Assembly (NCBI GenBank): GCA_001661245.1
Contig: KV454018.1
Span: 183,944-247,793 of the forward strand
Direction: 5' to 3'
DNA from: Pachysolen tannophilus NRRL Y-2460
Taxonomy: Eukaryota
DNA length: 63,850 bases
The notes below the pieces were generated by a model that was not told the DNA's origin, ran no database searches, and saw only the letters and a list, made by a program, of their open reading frames with translations. Both the position numbers and the translations under genes were made by a program. The number at the start of each line of letters is the position of its first letter. Position 1 is the first letter of the stretch. Shown piece after piece: positions 11,449 to 23,243 of this stretch.

Positions 11449-13449
11449 ATGACTATCCATCCATTTGACTCAATTAAAGATTTTGAGCTCAGAAGTGCTG
11501 CGAGGCTCGTAAAGAAGTCATATTCCGATACAGATGTCCATTTTGTTCAAATTGACAGATTAGATCCGCCTAAGGATCTGATGTTGAAGTATCTCGAAGC
11601 CGAGAAATTGTTACTTCCATTGCCTAGAATCTCAAGAGTAGCTTATTGTTATTATTATACAAAAAATGGTAGCGTCTTTAATAAAGCATTGGTTAATGTA
11701 TCTGAAGGTCATGTTATTACAAAGACTGTTTTACCAAAAGGAGTTGTGGGTCCAATACTTCCTGAAGACATTTTGGAAATTGAAGAGTATAGTTTGAAGC
11801 ATCCAAGAGTCGTTGCTGAAATCGAAAAATTGATCTTACCACCTGGTTATGAAGTCGTTTCTGAACCTTGGATTTATGGTACCGATGACAATAATGAAAA
11901 TCGTTTACTTTCTCAATGCTATATGTATCTACGTGCGAAGACCAGTTTCGATTCAAATCATTATTCGATTCCTTTGACTTTTTCACCAGTTTTTGAGACG
12001 ATTAGCAAGACATTTGTCAGAATGGATTACTTACCAACTGGTTACGATGGATCCCCTACTCAAACTTTACCTTGGAAAGAAGTTGAACCTGTTGAGTATC
12101 ACCCAGATCTTCTCCATGAAGTGAATGCGCGAATCCCAAAACCTTTGATTGTTGAGCAACCAGAAGGTCCAGGGTTCCTGATCAGTAAAAGCAACGAAGT
12201 TGAATGGCAAGGTTGGAGCTTTGTAGTTGCGACAAATGTCAGAGAAGGTTTTGCTATCTATGATATTTCTTTCAAAGGTAGATCTATTCTGTACCGTTTA
12301 TCTCTTTCAGAAATGACAGTCCCATATGGTGATCCAAGACCTCCATTCCATCGTAAACAAGCTTTTGATTTAGGAGATGCAGGTTTTGGTACAAATGCTA
12401 ATCGCTTAGAATTGGGATGTGACTGTCTTGGTGTTATTAAATACTTAGACACTTTGAGAACTAATGGGGAAGGTGAGCCAATTTTGATTCCTAATTCTGT
12501 CTGTATGCATGAACAGGATAACGGAATCTTATACAAACATGTTAACTATAGAACTGGAAATCCTGTAGTTGCAAGAAGAAGAGAATTTGTTGTTCAAACT
12601 ATTGCCACTGTTGGTAATTATGAATACATTCTTAATATTATCTTTGACCAAGTTGGTGAAATTTGTATTCAGGTCAGAGCCACTGGTATTTTGTCAACTA
12701 TGCCAATTGAGGAGAATAATGTCGTAAATTTTGGTACCAACGTTGCAAAGACAGCATTGGCATCTTATCATCAGCATTTACTATCATTCAGAATAGACAC
12801 AGCCATTGATGGACCTAAGAATACTGTGGTTTATGACGATGTATATCCAATGGAAGAAAATACCGCTCTAAACCCATTTAATGTTGGTTTCTATACACAA
12901 AGAACTATTTTGGAGAAAGCAGGTTCTGTTGAACAATCACCATTCACTAATCGCTCATATAAAATTATTAACGAGAATGTAATTAACCCAGTCACCAAAC
13001 TGCCTGTTGGTTATAAAATCGAGATGCCAGCTCGTCAAATGTTGTTAGGAACTAAAAATTCCTTTAACGCAAAGAGAGCGCATTTCGCCACAAAACAGTT
13101 ATGGGTTACAAAGTATAGTGACAACCAATTGTATGCAGCAGGAGAATTTACCAACCAGAGTAAAGAAGATACTGGTTTAGCAAAATGGGTCACCAATAGC
13201 TTAGCAGAAAATGTTAGAAATAATGACGTTGTTGTTTGGCCAACTTTAGGTTTTACTCATGTTCCAAGAGCCGAAGATTTTCCTGTAATGCCTGTTGAAA
13301 TTCATGAAATTAAAATTGTACCATCAGGATTTTTTGAAAAGAACCCTGCCCTAGATCTTCCACAGGCAGACCAAAAACAAAACAAGTCAGTTTTAATGGT
13401 TGAAAACGATAAGAGTAGTTCTAATGTCTGTTGCAAAACTGTTTTATAA
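11449..13449 (+). CDS. Copper/topaquinone amine oxidase (fungal AMO family)
   Basis: TPQ consensus TVGNYEY, Cu ligands HQH and HVPRAEDFPVMP, active-site segment AFDLGDAGFG...LGCDCLG. Confidence 0.95.
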   Translation: MTIHPFDSIKDFELRSAARLVKKSYSDTDVHFVQIDRLDPPKDLMLKYLEAEKLLLPLPRISRVAYCYYYTKNGSVFNKALVNVSEGHVITKTVLPKGVVGPILPEDILEIEEYSLKHPRVVAEIEKLILPPGYEVVSEPWIYGTDDNNENRLLSQCYMYLRAKTSFDSNHYSIPLTFSPVFETISKTFVRMDYLPTGYDGSPTQTLPWKEVEPVEYHPDLLHEVNARIPKPLIVEQPEGPGFLISKSNEVEWQGWSFVVATNVREGFAIYDISFKGRSILYRLSLSEMTVPYGDPRPPFHRKQAFDLGDAGFGTNANRLELGCDCLGVIKYLDTLRTNGEGEPILIPNSVCMHEQDNGILYKHVNYRTGNPVVARRREFVVQTIATVGNYEYILNIIFDQVGEICIQVRATGILSTMPIEENNVVNFGTNVAKTALASYHQHLLSFRIDTAIDGPKNTVVYDDVYPMEENTALNPFNVGFYTQRTILEKAGSVEQSPFTNRSYKIINENVINPVTKLPVGYKIEMPARQMLLGTKNSFNAKRAHFATKQLWVTKYSDNQLYAAGEFTNQSKEDTGLAKWVTNSLAENVRNNDVVVWPTLGFTHVPRAEDFPVMPVEIHEIKIVPSGFFEKNPALDLPQADQKQNKSVLMVENDKSSSNVCCKTVL

Positions 13450-13716
13450 TAACTATATTTTATGTTGTTTTTTTTTTTTTAATTAAGAATACAGGATTAT
13501 TCAATTGTTTTTAGTATATCTTTTGTTAATGTCCTACGTAAAGTTTCTGACAAGAAGTAGAGTTTCTGTTATTTTAAAGCTAAAAAGAACATCATAATTT
13601 TGGGTAAAAAACAAAAAAAAAGAAATTAAAATAAAGGCTCATTTAAACGAAAATCAAATTCCTCTAGTGAATGAAATATTATAAAAACTATACCGCTGGA
13701 ATTGAGGTTTTCTGTT

Positions 13717-14688
13717 TTAAACGACGACCATGTTAGTAATGTAGTCTTCATTCCAACCTACATATAAATCATAATCTCTATCTGCATCTGTGCACATATC
13801 ACCACCGCTTGGACCGATATGTGCACAATGAACTGATGGCCTTTCTTTAACCATATTTTGGTGTAAAGTTCTGCAAAAGACGGTATTCATACCTCCTTCA
13901 TAACTTTCTCCAAATCTTGTATAACTAAAAAGATAATCCTTACACTGTTCCGTAGAATAGTATTGACCGTAAGGAGTCCCAGCACAGTAATCTTCGTGTA
14001 CTTGACAAATGGACTCCACCGCTTTCATCTTTACCATATCTATTCCTTCCTGTGTAACCACATCAGAGTTGGCTAGTTTCATGGCATACAATGAGTTTGT
14101 AATATTATAAGCCCATTCAAACCTAACAAAGATTGCTGCATATTCTTCAACTTGTCCCAGAGAGTTTAATCTGGTGGTTGCATCTATTTGAATTGGAATA
14201 ATGTAATCATCTAAAAACGGTAAGGAAAAATTGACAATAGCAGAAGTGTGAGCAACATCGCAATTTCCAACAAATTCAGTGATCGTGAAACTACTTGGGA
14301 ACCCAATTATATTGAATGAAACATACTCTGTGCTGTTTGCGATCAGAAACATTCCGAATAAATATTCAGTGTTTAATTCTACTCCGTCAAATTTTCTTGT
14401 AATATCAACTAAACCTTTACAATCTTCAGCAATATAAGAAGAATTGATCAGGTCACTTTGTTCAACATCGTTTGGAAATAAAAAAGCTTCGAAAAAAGCT
14501 GTCATTGCTTCGAATAATTGCTCACTACCAAGATAACATTGAGTTCCATTACCAACTGTACTCAGGTGTTCCAGCAGGGCGGCAGATTCAAGAGCTGCAA
14601 GTCCACTAGTAGTTGTAGCATTATCAGCTTCTACAAGAATACATCCTGAAAAAGTGATTATAACAAAAGGGATTAAATTCAATCTCAT
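13717..14688 (-). CDS. Secreted Cys-rich protein of unknown function
   Basis: First ATG at 14688 (after a poly-A run) gives signal peptide MRLNLIPFVIITFSGCILVEA. C-terminal Cys pattern ICQVHEDYC...QYYSTEQC...NTVFCRTLHQNMV...HCAHIGPSGGDMC; several N-glycosylation sequons. Confidence 0.8.
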   Translation of the reverse strand: MRLNLIPFVIITFSGCILVEADNATTTSGLAALESAALLEHLSTVGNGTQCYLGSEQLFEAMTAFFEAFLFPNDVEQSDLINSSYIAEDCKGLVDITRKFDGVELNTEYLFGMFLIANSTEYVSFNIIGFPSSFTITEFVGNCDVAHTSAIVNFSLPFLDDYIIPIQIDATTRLNSLGQVEEYAAIFVRFEWAYNITNSLYAMKLANSDVVTQEGIDMVKMKAVESICQVHEDYCAGTPYGQYYSTEQCKDYLFSYTRFGESYEGGMNTVFCRTLHQNMVKERPSVHCAHIGPSGGDMCTDADRDYDLYVGWNEDYITNMVVV

Positions 14689-16050
14689 TTTTTTTTTTTT
14701 TTTGGCTCTTTGGTTACTAGACCTTGTAAAATTAAAATAAATAGAGAAATCTCCCAATACAAAAAAAACACACAGAAACATTGGTGTTTAAATAATTAAC
14801 AGTGAACATGCTAAATTAATTTTGAATTCTGTTAATAAAAGCAAGTCGATGAAGCAAAAAAAAAAAAACTCAAAGAGCAAGGTTAATTAAACAAGAGGTT
14901 TAATTTTTCAAAATTTGTAGAACAAAAGATTGAAGAGTTAAAAATAATTCAGTTCCAACGCAGATAATAAGTAAAACCTTGAACTAAAAATCATTAAAAA
15001 AAATGATCTTAAGGGACTTCATGTAGAATTACGCATGCTCTATCATGCTCTATCATGCGTCGAAATATTGTTTGAACGAGTAATTTTGTTGGAACCAAAG
15101 CAAAAACAAGTTTAGTTGAAAGCTCATGATTACCTTAAAATGTAAACTAGGTAGACAATAACCATACTAGTCCAAGTTTAGGTTAAAAATAATTCTACTT
15201 TTAACTAAAGAAACCTTTATTTATTAAGCGGAAATGCAAAATTTGTATGTTGTAAATGCATAATGGCTCACAAAGTATGCATAATTATGCACAATCACTC
15301 AGTACTTATCTCTTTCCGAGGCTCTTCAAGTTTTTCAAAAATATAGGTAGATATATAAATAGATGGATAATATCTGAGGCAAGTTCAAAGAATTCTATAA
15401 TGCTTGATACTTATAAGTTTATCTACAAGAGCCAGTTGAGAAATTGGATTTTTCAAAACTTTGAAAATATTTTAAAAAATGATCTACTCTTTTTTCACTT
15501 TTTTGGCTTTAATTGTTTGTAATAGCTAATTTTCAAGTCTAGTCGAAAAAAAAAAAAAAAAAAAAAAAGGAAGTATAATAGTAGCTAATCATTAGCAGTT
15601 TCCAAGTAAAGTGGTTGCAAGGTAACTATTCTTAATTTTAGCTAAAAAAAAGAAAAAAAAATTATTCATATTCAATTCTAGTAAGGATAAGATTACACAT
15701 AACTGTAAGCTATAAGACATATATATTATGAACCCCCATTTTGTCATACTCAAAATTATTCAGTGCAAAAGTTTTTTTTTTTTTTCTTTCTTTTTATTAT
15801 TTCACAATTACCAAAAACCCAATAAAAGCTAAGCTTGTATTTATTTCTCCACAGATTTCAGCTTATATCGATCCCTATATCTTAGTTTTGCATCTGACTT
15901 AATTTTAACGATCTAACGAGTTAGTTGTTAAGTAATATACTTAGTGTATGTTTGAATTAAAGTTAAGTTCCTACGATCCTACTTAGTTAGATAATAGCAC
16001 CACTTGTGTCACTATTTAAAATAGTGTAAAGAAAAAAAAAAAATTTCCTA

Positions 16051-16122
16051 GGGGCGAGCTGGGAATTGAACCCAGGGCCTCTCACACCCAAAGCGAGAAT
16101 CATACCACTAGACCACACGCCC
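16051..16122 (-). tRNA. tRNA-Pro (anticodon TGG), intronless, 72 nt
   Basis: Reverse complement GGGCGTGTGGTCTAGTGGTATGATTCTCGCTTTGGGTGTGAGAGGCCCTGGGTTCAATTCCCAGCTCGCCCC folds as a cloverleaf, is nearly identical to mature yeast tRNA-Pro, and has a poly-T terminator downstream. Confidence 0.97.
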
Positions 16123-16447
16123 TATTAAATTTAAACAAATTTTATTCATTTCTCACTCTATCGAATTCGGTTAATTGAAAAACCTTATCTTTTCATCTTT
16201 CTTTCTTTTTGTCTTTATGAAAAGGTAGTTAGTTTTCAACATATAATAATAACTCTTAAAACCGCCTTACTTACCTTAAATTATAAATGTAATCGCGGTA
16301 TAAAAGATTATCTATTAATTCAAGATTGTTACCATTAAGCACAACATAGAAAGAACATAGAAAAAATGTAGAAATAACACAAGAGCTACTCTGTGTTGTG
16401 TTACCTTTTGTGACCGTATATCAAGTTAAAATTATTCAATCTCAATG

Positions 16448-16525
16448 CACGTGCTATTTTCTTTATAGGATAAGGAAAACATATGGTAAACATAACAATA
16501 ATATTTTAAGATGAGATGACACGTT
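16448..16525. promoter_or_regulatory. Pho4-type E-boxes upstream of GDE1
   Basis: gCACGTGc at 16448-16453 and CACGTT at 16520-16525. GDE1 belongs to the PHO regulon in S. cerevisiae. Confidence 0.55.
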
Positions 16526-16976
16526 CATATATTATTTTTATATTATGAATACGAATACCTTTTCATTCCGGAAACACTTTTTTTTTTGCATTTTATTTGT
16601 AGATTGATTACCTGGATAAACATTGGATCCTAGTAATCGGTTTAACATCTGTTTTGCGTCAAAGAATGAAGACGAACAAAGCAAAAGAAATCAAAAAAAA
16701 TAAAAAGTAAAAGAAAAAGTAAAAAAAAGAATACAACATAGGTAAATTTCTTTTTTTTTTCTTTTTTTTTTTTTAAATTTTATTGTTTTGTTATTTCATT
16801 TTATTCATAATTGATACTCAAACAATTGTTCAGTATATAGATAGATAGCGGCGGTTATTGTTGTCTTTGTCTTTGGCTCAATTAGTGTAGCTTGACATTG
16901 ATTTCTTTCACTATTTGTTTATTGGAAAGTCCAGTCCGCTTTAGAAAAAAATTGGGATTATTGTTTTAACATTAAG

Positions 16977-17009
<33 letters not shown>

Positions 17010-17090
17010 GTTGGTCATCTAATATTAGAAAAGGTCTGAATTTTTGAGTATCAGCTTATCAGCGTATCGGCGCTTAAAAGGACAGGAAGG

Positions 17091-20000
17091 ATGAAGTTTG
17101 GTAAGACTTTTATCAGTCATCAGGTTCCGGAATGGTCGACTTACTATATGAATTATAAAGGTTTAAAGAAAGAAATTAAAGCTTTGGTGAGTTTACAAGC
17201 ATCAATTTCAAATACTGATGGTATAATAGATACTTTGAACAATTCAGAAGTTAAGGCTTTATTGGCGGGGTTTTTTTTCTCTTTGGATCGTAATGTTGAA
17301 AAAGTAGATGATTTTTATAATAAACAATATTCAGAGTATGAGCGCCGATTGAAAAGGTTAACTTCAATATTAGGAAATGAAAATAATCCAAATAACGATC
17401 TTGATAATGATGAAATTGATGAAATTGTTGGAGTCTTATTAGAATTGAGAAATTCTTTTAGAAATATGAAATGGTTTGGAGAATTGAATAAAAGAGGTTT
17501 TACAAAAATTTTGAAAAAATTGGATAAAAAAACTGGTACAAATCAACAACAAGCATATTTAAACGCTAGAATTAATGCTTTACCATTTGCAAATGAAACA
17601 GATATTTTGAAATGTTTATCAATTATAAATAGTTTCTTGATTAAATTTGGTCCCAAAGTTGAAGATTCTGAATTTGCTGCTGCTTTCCCAAATATTTTAG
17701 CAAATGGACAAAATAATAATGGTTCAATGTCTATACTTTCAAATTCAGCAAGTGTTAAAAGCATTAAAAGTGCCAAAAGTATCGATAATGGTAATCATGG
17801 GAAAGCTGAAGAATTTGTTCAATTTGTCATTAATGATGATGCTGAGGGCTTATCTAATGCTTTAATTAGCGATTATAGATCCCCTGTATTGGCTCCATTG
17901 CGTTTATTGATCTCTTTATTAAATAAAGCAGCGTTATTACAAAGTTTTAAAGTCATTGATCAATTATTAGAAGTTTTACCTTTATTAGGTGATAGTTCTG
18001 ATATAAGTGGTAGAAATTTTTTCCATCATCATGTTATTGCATTAGGTAAAAAACATGATAAAAAACAAGAATTACAAAAAAGATATTTAACTCCTAGAGA
18101 TAATTTCTCGATTACCCCTGCAACTCCACCAGATCATAATTCTAGATTAGTAGGTGCATTTGGCTCTGATGGAATTAATTCCAATGATTCACCAAATGGG
18201 TTATTATATATTTTTGAACATTTACCTCTTCATTTGAAATTTGGTGTATTACAAAAAGATAATTATAAACGTACACCTTTACATTATGCCGCTCAATACG
18301 GTTTAATGGAAGTTTCTAAAATTATGATTGATTACTTGATAAAATGGGATTTATGGAAAGATACCGTCTCAATTGATGATGTTAATGCTTGGGGTGATTT
18401 AGAACGGTTGACTCCTTTGCATCTTGCTGTATTGGGAACCCATCCAAAAACTGCAGGTGTCTTAATTAAAGCAATTAACAAGAATACGAGATTATCAAGT
18501 CCTAGCCTATTGTTAATTGCTGCAAGATTAGATTCTCCAGAATTATTACAGTTGCTTTTGTCATGCAATGGTATAGATATAGATTATGTTGACTCCGATT
18601 CCAACGAAACTGCATTATATATTTCTTGTAAACTCAATTTGGTTAAATCAGTTAAGTTTTTATTAGAGAATGGCGCTAACACTGAAATTGGAGAACGTAC
18701 TTTTGGTTGGACTCCTATATTTGTTGCAGCATCAGAAGGTTTCCAAGATGTTGTTAAATTGCTTATCCAATACGGTGCTGTTATTCAAATAAGTGATGAA
18801 AGTGGTTGGTCTCCTTTAGAACATGCTACACTCAGAGGTCATTTAGAATGTTCTGACTTGTTGGTTCCTCCAAATTACAATGCTGCAAAAGTCTTAAATG
18901 ATCCCTACACTTTTTTCCCACCGGTCAATATGTCTTCATCCAAAAGTTCATCTGTTATAAATACTCCAGAATACTCAAATGATAAAAAGTTTTATCAAAA
19001 TTCACATATAAGTACATCAAGTATTGATAAGTTACCGGAAGGTGTACTTAGTGAAAATCAAATCTATAAATCTTTTAAAAATAATATGAAAAGGTCCAAT
19101 TCTCCTCCACCTCCCGTTAAATCTTTTGGTCATAGGTATTTACAGCAAAATGAGTCATTAATTTTGATTACATTGGGTACAACTGATTTATTTGATTCAA
19201 CATCTGCTATCACATTAAATAGAGTACCTATCTCTAAGGCTTATTCAACGGAGCTTGATACTGCATTGTCATTATCCATTAGGGCAAAAGATATTGATGT
19301 ACCGCCTGTTGTATTGGACTTGCCATTGGATGATAACAATGGCAGTGCTACTGATCCAATTACATTTAAATGTATTGATAAGGATCCAACACAGTCTACC
19401 ATTTTTTTCGATATAGTTCCTACTTATTCTTATGGTGAAAATAAAGATGATCATAAGCCTCAACAAGTTTTAGGAAGAGCTGTTGCATTATTAAATACAG
19501 CATATACTTCTGTTGGTCCACAACGTCGTTCTTTGAATAATATCATTACTGTTCCTATCTTGGAATATGAAACTTTGGAAATTTTAGGAAGTATTAGATT
19601 TGAAGTTATGTTTATTACTCCATTTAGTCATCCGAAGATGACTTTTGGTAGAACTGAAACTTATTGGAAATCTTTGGTTTCAACAAGGGTTATAGGTCAT
19701 AGAGGTTTAGGTAAGAATTCAAATTTAAGGAATTCTTTACAGTTAGGTGAGAATACGGTTGAATCTTTTATTGCTGCAGCATCTTTAGGTGCATCATATG
19801 TTGAATTTGATGTTCAATTAACAAAAGATCATATTCCAGTTGTTTATCATGATTTCTTAGTTGCAGAATCAGGTATGGATATACCAATGCATGCTTTAAC
19901 AGCAGAACAATTTTTAGGTTTAAATAATGTTTCAGAACAAGATTCTCAAGAGAATGGTCTTGATAAAAAATCTGTGGATGATGAGGTATTACATATGAAA

Positions 20001-20744
20001 TATAGATCAAAATCTTTTTCTATGAGATTACAAAATGGAGAGAATTTAAAAAATTTTTCGAATACTTTTAATGAAAGAATGAAACTTACAAAAACATGGA
20101 AGGACAAAGGATTTAAAGGTAATTCTCGTGGAACTTCTATTGCATCATCATTTGCTACTTTGGCTGAACTTTTTAAGAAATTACCTAAAAATGTTGGATT
20201 TAACATTGAATGTAAATATCCAATGTTAGATGAAGCAGAACATGAAGATATGGGACAAGTTGGAATAGATTTAAATTTTTGGGTGGATACAGTTTTAAAT
20301 ACTGTTTATGAACATGCTGATGGTAGAGATATAATATTTAGTTCTTTCCATCCAGATATTTGTGTATTACTTTCTTTAAAACAACCTTCGATTCCAATTT
20401 TATTTTTAACTGAAGCAGGTACTGCAAAGATGTGTGATATAAGAGCTGCTTCTTTACAGAGTGCAATTAGATTTGCTAAAAAATGGAATCTTTTAGGAAT
20501 TGTTTCTGCCTCGGCTCCATTGGTGAAATGTCCGAGATTGGCAAATGTTGTCAAGACAAGTGGTTTAGTTTGTGTTACATATGGAACACCAAACAATGAT
20601 CCTGAAAATGCTAATTTACAAATGTTAGCAGGAGTGGATGCAGTCATTGTTGATAGCGTCTTAGCCGTTAGAAAGGGATTAAGAAAAGAAGAAGGTTTTG
20701 ATAGTACTAGTGATTTAAGTAATTCCAACAAGTCTAGTTGTTAA
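17091..20744 (+). CDS. GDE1: Glycerophosphocholine phosphodiesterase Gde1 (SPX-ankyrin-GDPD)
   Basis: SPX start MKFGKTF...YMNYKGLKK, ankyrin repeats (RTPLHYAA, LTPLHLAV, WTPIFVAA) and GDPD motifs VIGHRGLG...ENTVESF...EFDVQLTKD. Confidence 0.96.
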   Translation: MKFGKTFISHQVPEWSTYYMNYKGLKKEIKALVSLQASISNTDGIIDTLNNSEVKALLAGFFFSLDRNVEKVDDFYNKQYSEYERRLKRLTSILGNENNPNNDLDNDEIDEIVGVLLELRNSFRNMKWFGELNKRGFTKILKKLDKKTGTNQQQAYLNARINALPFANETDILKCLSIINSFLIKFGPKVEDSEFAAAFPNILANGQNNNGSMSILSNSASVKSIKSAKSIDNGNHGKAEEFVQFVINDDAEGLSNALISDYRSPVLAPLRLLISLLNKAALLQSFKVIDQLLEVLPLLGDSSDISGRNFFHHHVIALGKKHDKKQELQKRYLTPRDNFSITPATPPDHNSRLVGAFGSDGINSNDSPNGLLYIFEHLPLHLKFGVLQKDNYKRTPLHYAAQYGLMEVSKIMIDYLIKWDLWKDTVSIDDVNAWGDLERLTPLHLAVLGTHPKTAGVLIKAINKNTRLSSPSLLLIAARLDSPELLQLLLSCNGIDIDYVDSDSNETALYISCKLNLVKSVKFLLENGANTEIGERTFGWTPIFVAASEGFQDVVKLLIQYGAVIQISDESGWSPLEHATLRGHLECSDLLVPPNYNAAKVLNDPYTFFPPVNMSSSKSSSVINTPEYSNDKKFYQNSHISTSSIDKLPEGVLSENQIYKSFKNNMKRSNSPPPPVKSFGHRYLQQNESLILITLGTTDLFDSTSAITLNRVPISKAYSTELDTALSLSIRAKDIDVPPVVLDLPLDDNNGSATDPITFKCIDKDPTQSTIFFDIVPTYSYGENKDDHKPQQVLGRAVALLNTAYTSVGPQRRSLNNIITVPILEYETLEILGSIRFEVMFITPFSHPKMTFGRTETYWKSLVSTRVIGHRGLGKNSNLRNSLQLGENTVESFIAAASLGASYVEFDVQLTKDHIPVVYHDFLVAESGMDIPMHALTAEQFLGLNNVSEQDSQENGLDKKSVDDEVLHMKYRSKSFSMRLQNGENLKNFSNTFNERMKLTKTWKDKGFKGNSRGTSIASSFATLAELFKKLPKNVGFNIECKYPMLDEAEHEDMGQVGIDLNFWVDTVLNTVYEHADGRDIIFSSFHPDICVLLSLKQPSIPILFLTEAGTAKMCDIRAASLQSAIRFAKKWNLLGIVSASAPLVKCPRLANVVKTSGLVCVTYGTPNNDPENANLQMLAGVDAVIVDSVLAVRKGLRKEEGFDSTSDLSNSNKSSC

Positions 20745-21290
20745 TGATCCTAGTAAAAATTAGTTTTTTATTTTTTATTTTTTATTTTCATATTGCTTGC
20801 TGCATTTTACATATCGAAACGAACTTTATATATATTTATTTAGCTTTTTTAATCAAAAAAGAAAAAAAAAAAAGAAAATAATTTTTGACTTTTACTTTTT
20901 TGATATTATAAATCATAATAAACATTACAAGAAAATTTCTAATTATCTTAACATATATAAATATATATTTATTTAAATTTGTAAATAAAAAATATCAAAG
21001 TGCAATGAGTAAAATAAGAGACAATGCTAGAAATTAAAAAGGTAAAATTAATTAAAAAATTGAAAAAAAAAAAAAAAAAAAAAAATAAAAGCACCATATC
21101 ATTATCATCCATACAAGAAAAACAAAAACAAAAACAAACAAACAAACAAAAACAAAAAACACTTTCATTGCACAATGGCTCTTTAGCCAATTCATTGGAA
21201 GATTGAAGGACATAATCTAATCTATTGATTAAGATTCATCATCTTCTTTTAAATTTTTAATCTAATTTCATTTAATTCTCAACATCTTAT

Positions 21291-21548
21291 CTATATTTTG
21301 AAACATGATTTGCAATAACTAAAAGAATTTTTCAGATTACATTTCATTCTTTCTTCATCAAATGAAGATTTTATTGGAAGAACAAAGGGTATAGTCAAGG
21401 CAAATGCCAAGTATCCAATCATTATCAAGGACGAAGAACCACTTGCCTTGTGTTGTGAAGTTGAGTATCTTGCAACTGATTTATAAAGTTGATGATGAAG
21501 TGAATTTGAAGTACTATACATTGTTGATATCAAATTATTATTATTCAT
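21291..21548 (-). CDS. Small unknown protein with one TM helix (76-85 aa)
   Basis: ATG-initiated at 21548 or 21521, more GC-rich than its flanks. Has a hydrophobic helix LIMIGYLAFALTIPFVLPI and a C-terminal CKSC. Confidence 0.5.
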   Translation of the reverse strand: MNNNNLISTMYSTSNSLHHQLYKSVARYSTSQHKASGSSSLIMIGYLAFALTIPFVLPIKSSFDEERMKCNLKNSFSYCKSCFKI

Positions 21549-21822
21549 TATTGAATATAATAAAAAAAGAATAATGAAAAAAAAAAAAAATTAAAAATTT
21601 TTTAATTCAAAGAGAATTGTTTATGATATTTATATGAGGTGGAATGATTACTACTATAATATTAAGCTATTACGTTATTATTATTTAATAAGAATATATA
21701 TAGTATATACAGATGTGCGTATATAAAAATAAACTATATTATGCAAAGTTGATTTTTTTATGTTTCTTAACTATGGGGTGATTTAGATATATACGACGTT
21801 TATAATCGCATTTTAACAAGTT

Positions 21823-22198
21823 NNNNNNNNNNNNNNNNNNNNNNNNNNNNNNNNNNNNNNNNNNNNNNNNNNNNNNNNNNNNNNNNNNNNNNNNNNNNNN
21901 NNNNNNNNNNNNNNNNNNNNNNNNNNNNNNNNNNNNNNNNNNNNNNNNNNNNNNNNNNNNNNNNNNNNNNNNNNNNNNNNNNNNNNNNNNNNNNNNNNNN
22001 NNNNNNNNNNNNNNNNNNNNNNNNNNNNNNNNNNNNNNNNNNNNNNNNNNNNNNNNNNNNNNNNNNNNNNNNNNNNNNNNNNNNNNNNNNNNNNNNNNNN
22101 NNNNNNNNNNNNNNNNNNNNNNNNNNNNNNNNNNNNNNNNNNNNNNNNNNNNNNNNNNNNNNNNNNNNNNNNNNNNNNNNNNNNNNNNNNNNNNNNNN
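21823..22198. other. Assembly gap flanked by a duplicated ~230-bp sequence
   Basis: N run; ~21593-21822 recurs at ~22215-22447 and differs only in homopolymer lengths. Confidence 0.95.
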
Positions 22199-23243
22199 AA
22201 AAANAAAAAANAAAAAAAATTTTTTTAATTCAAAGAGAATTGTTTATGATATTTATATGAGGTGGAATGATTACTACTATAATATTAAGCTATTACGTTA
22301 TTATTATTTAATAAGAATATATATAGTATATACAGATGTGCGTATATAAAAATAAACTATATTATGCAAAGTTGATTTTTTTTTATGTTTCTTAACTATG
22401 GGGTGATTTAGATATATACGACGTTTATAATCGCATTTTAACAAGTTTTTACGAAAAGAGAAGAGTTAAAAAAAAAAATTGTTAATCGTGCATTACCACA
22501 GTTTTTCACAGTTTCTTGAACAATTTCTCAATGGATTTCCATATTAAGAAATTTAAAATCCTAGTTGTATAATATATTAAAAAAGTAATCTTAAACCAAT
22601 TCATCAGTAAACAACCACACTTTTTTCTTTTTTTTGGTTTTCTTTATCATGCACCTTTGTTGTGATTATCGATGTTGTCGTATATAAGAAAATAATAAGA
22701 AAAAAATAGTTTAAAAGAGAAACCGAAGTGTGCGAAAGGTAAGATTGAATCATGTGATTAATTTTACTTCGCGTTCCAGTTTTTTTTTTTTTTTTATTTT
22801 TTTATTTTTGTACGATGCTTTTCGTGTTGACGTGGAATAAATAGTACTGAAGAGCAATCAATTGTACCAAAAAAATTTTGATAATCTCATCTCATCTCAG
22901 CTCTTGCAGAAACGAGGAACGAGATAAACGTAGATGAGATGTTGGGTAATATTTAAAAAATCTAGAAGAATAATAAATGCACCGCCCATAAATGCTTATT
23001 TTTGCTTTTTCTAAAAAAAAAAAAAAAAAAAGAATTATAACAAGTCAAGCATTGTTCGTATTCTATTTCTGAGTAAATGATTATATTAAAACTAAACGAA
23101 TTGATAGAATTGAGTGATTAAATTTAGTGTTCTTTTTAGTCAATTGATTGTACAAAATCAATTTCTTTTTTTTTAATTAAGGTCGATGGGTAAGTATAAG
23201 TAGTTAATTTTGTAGTTAAAAAATAAAAAAAAAAACTCATTTT

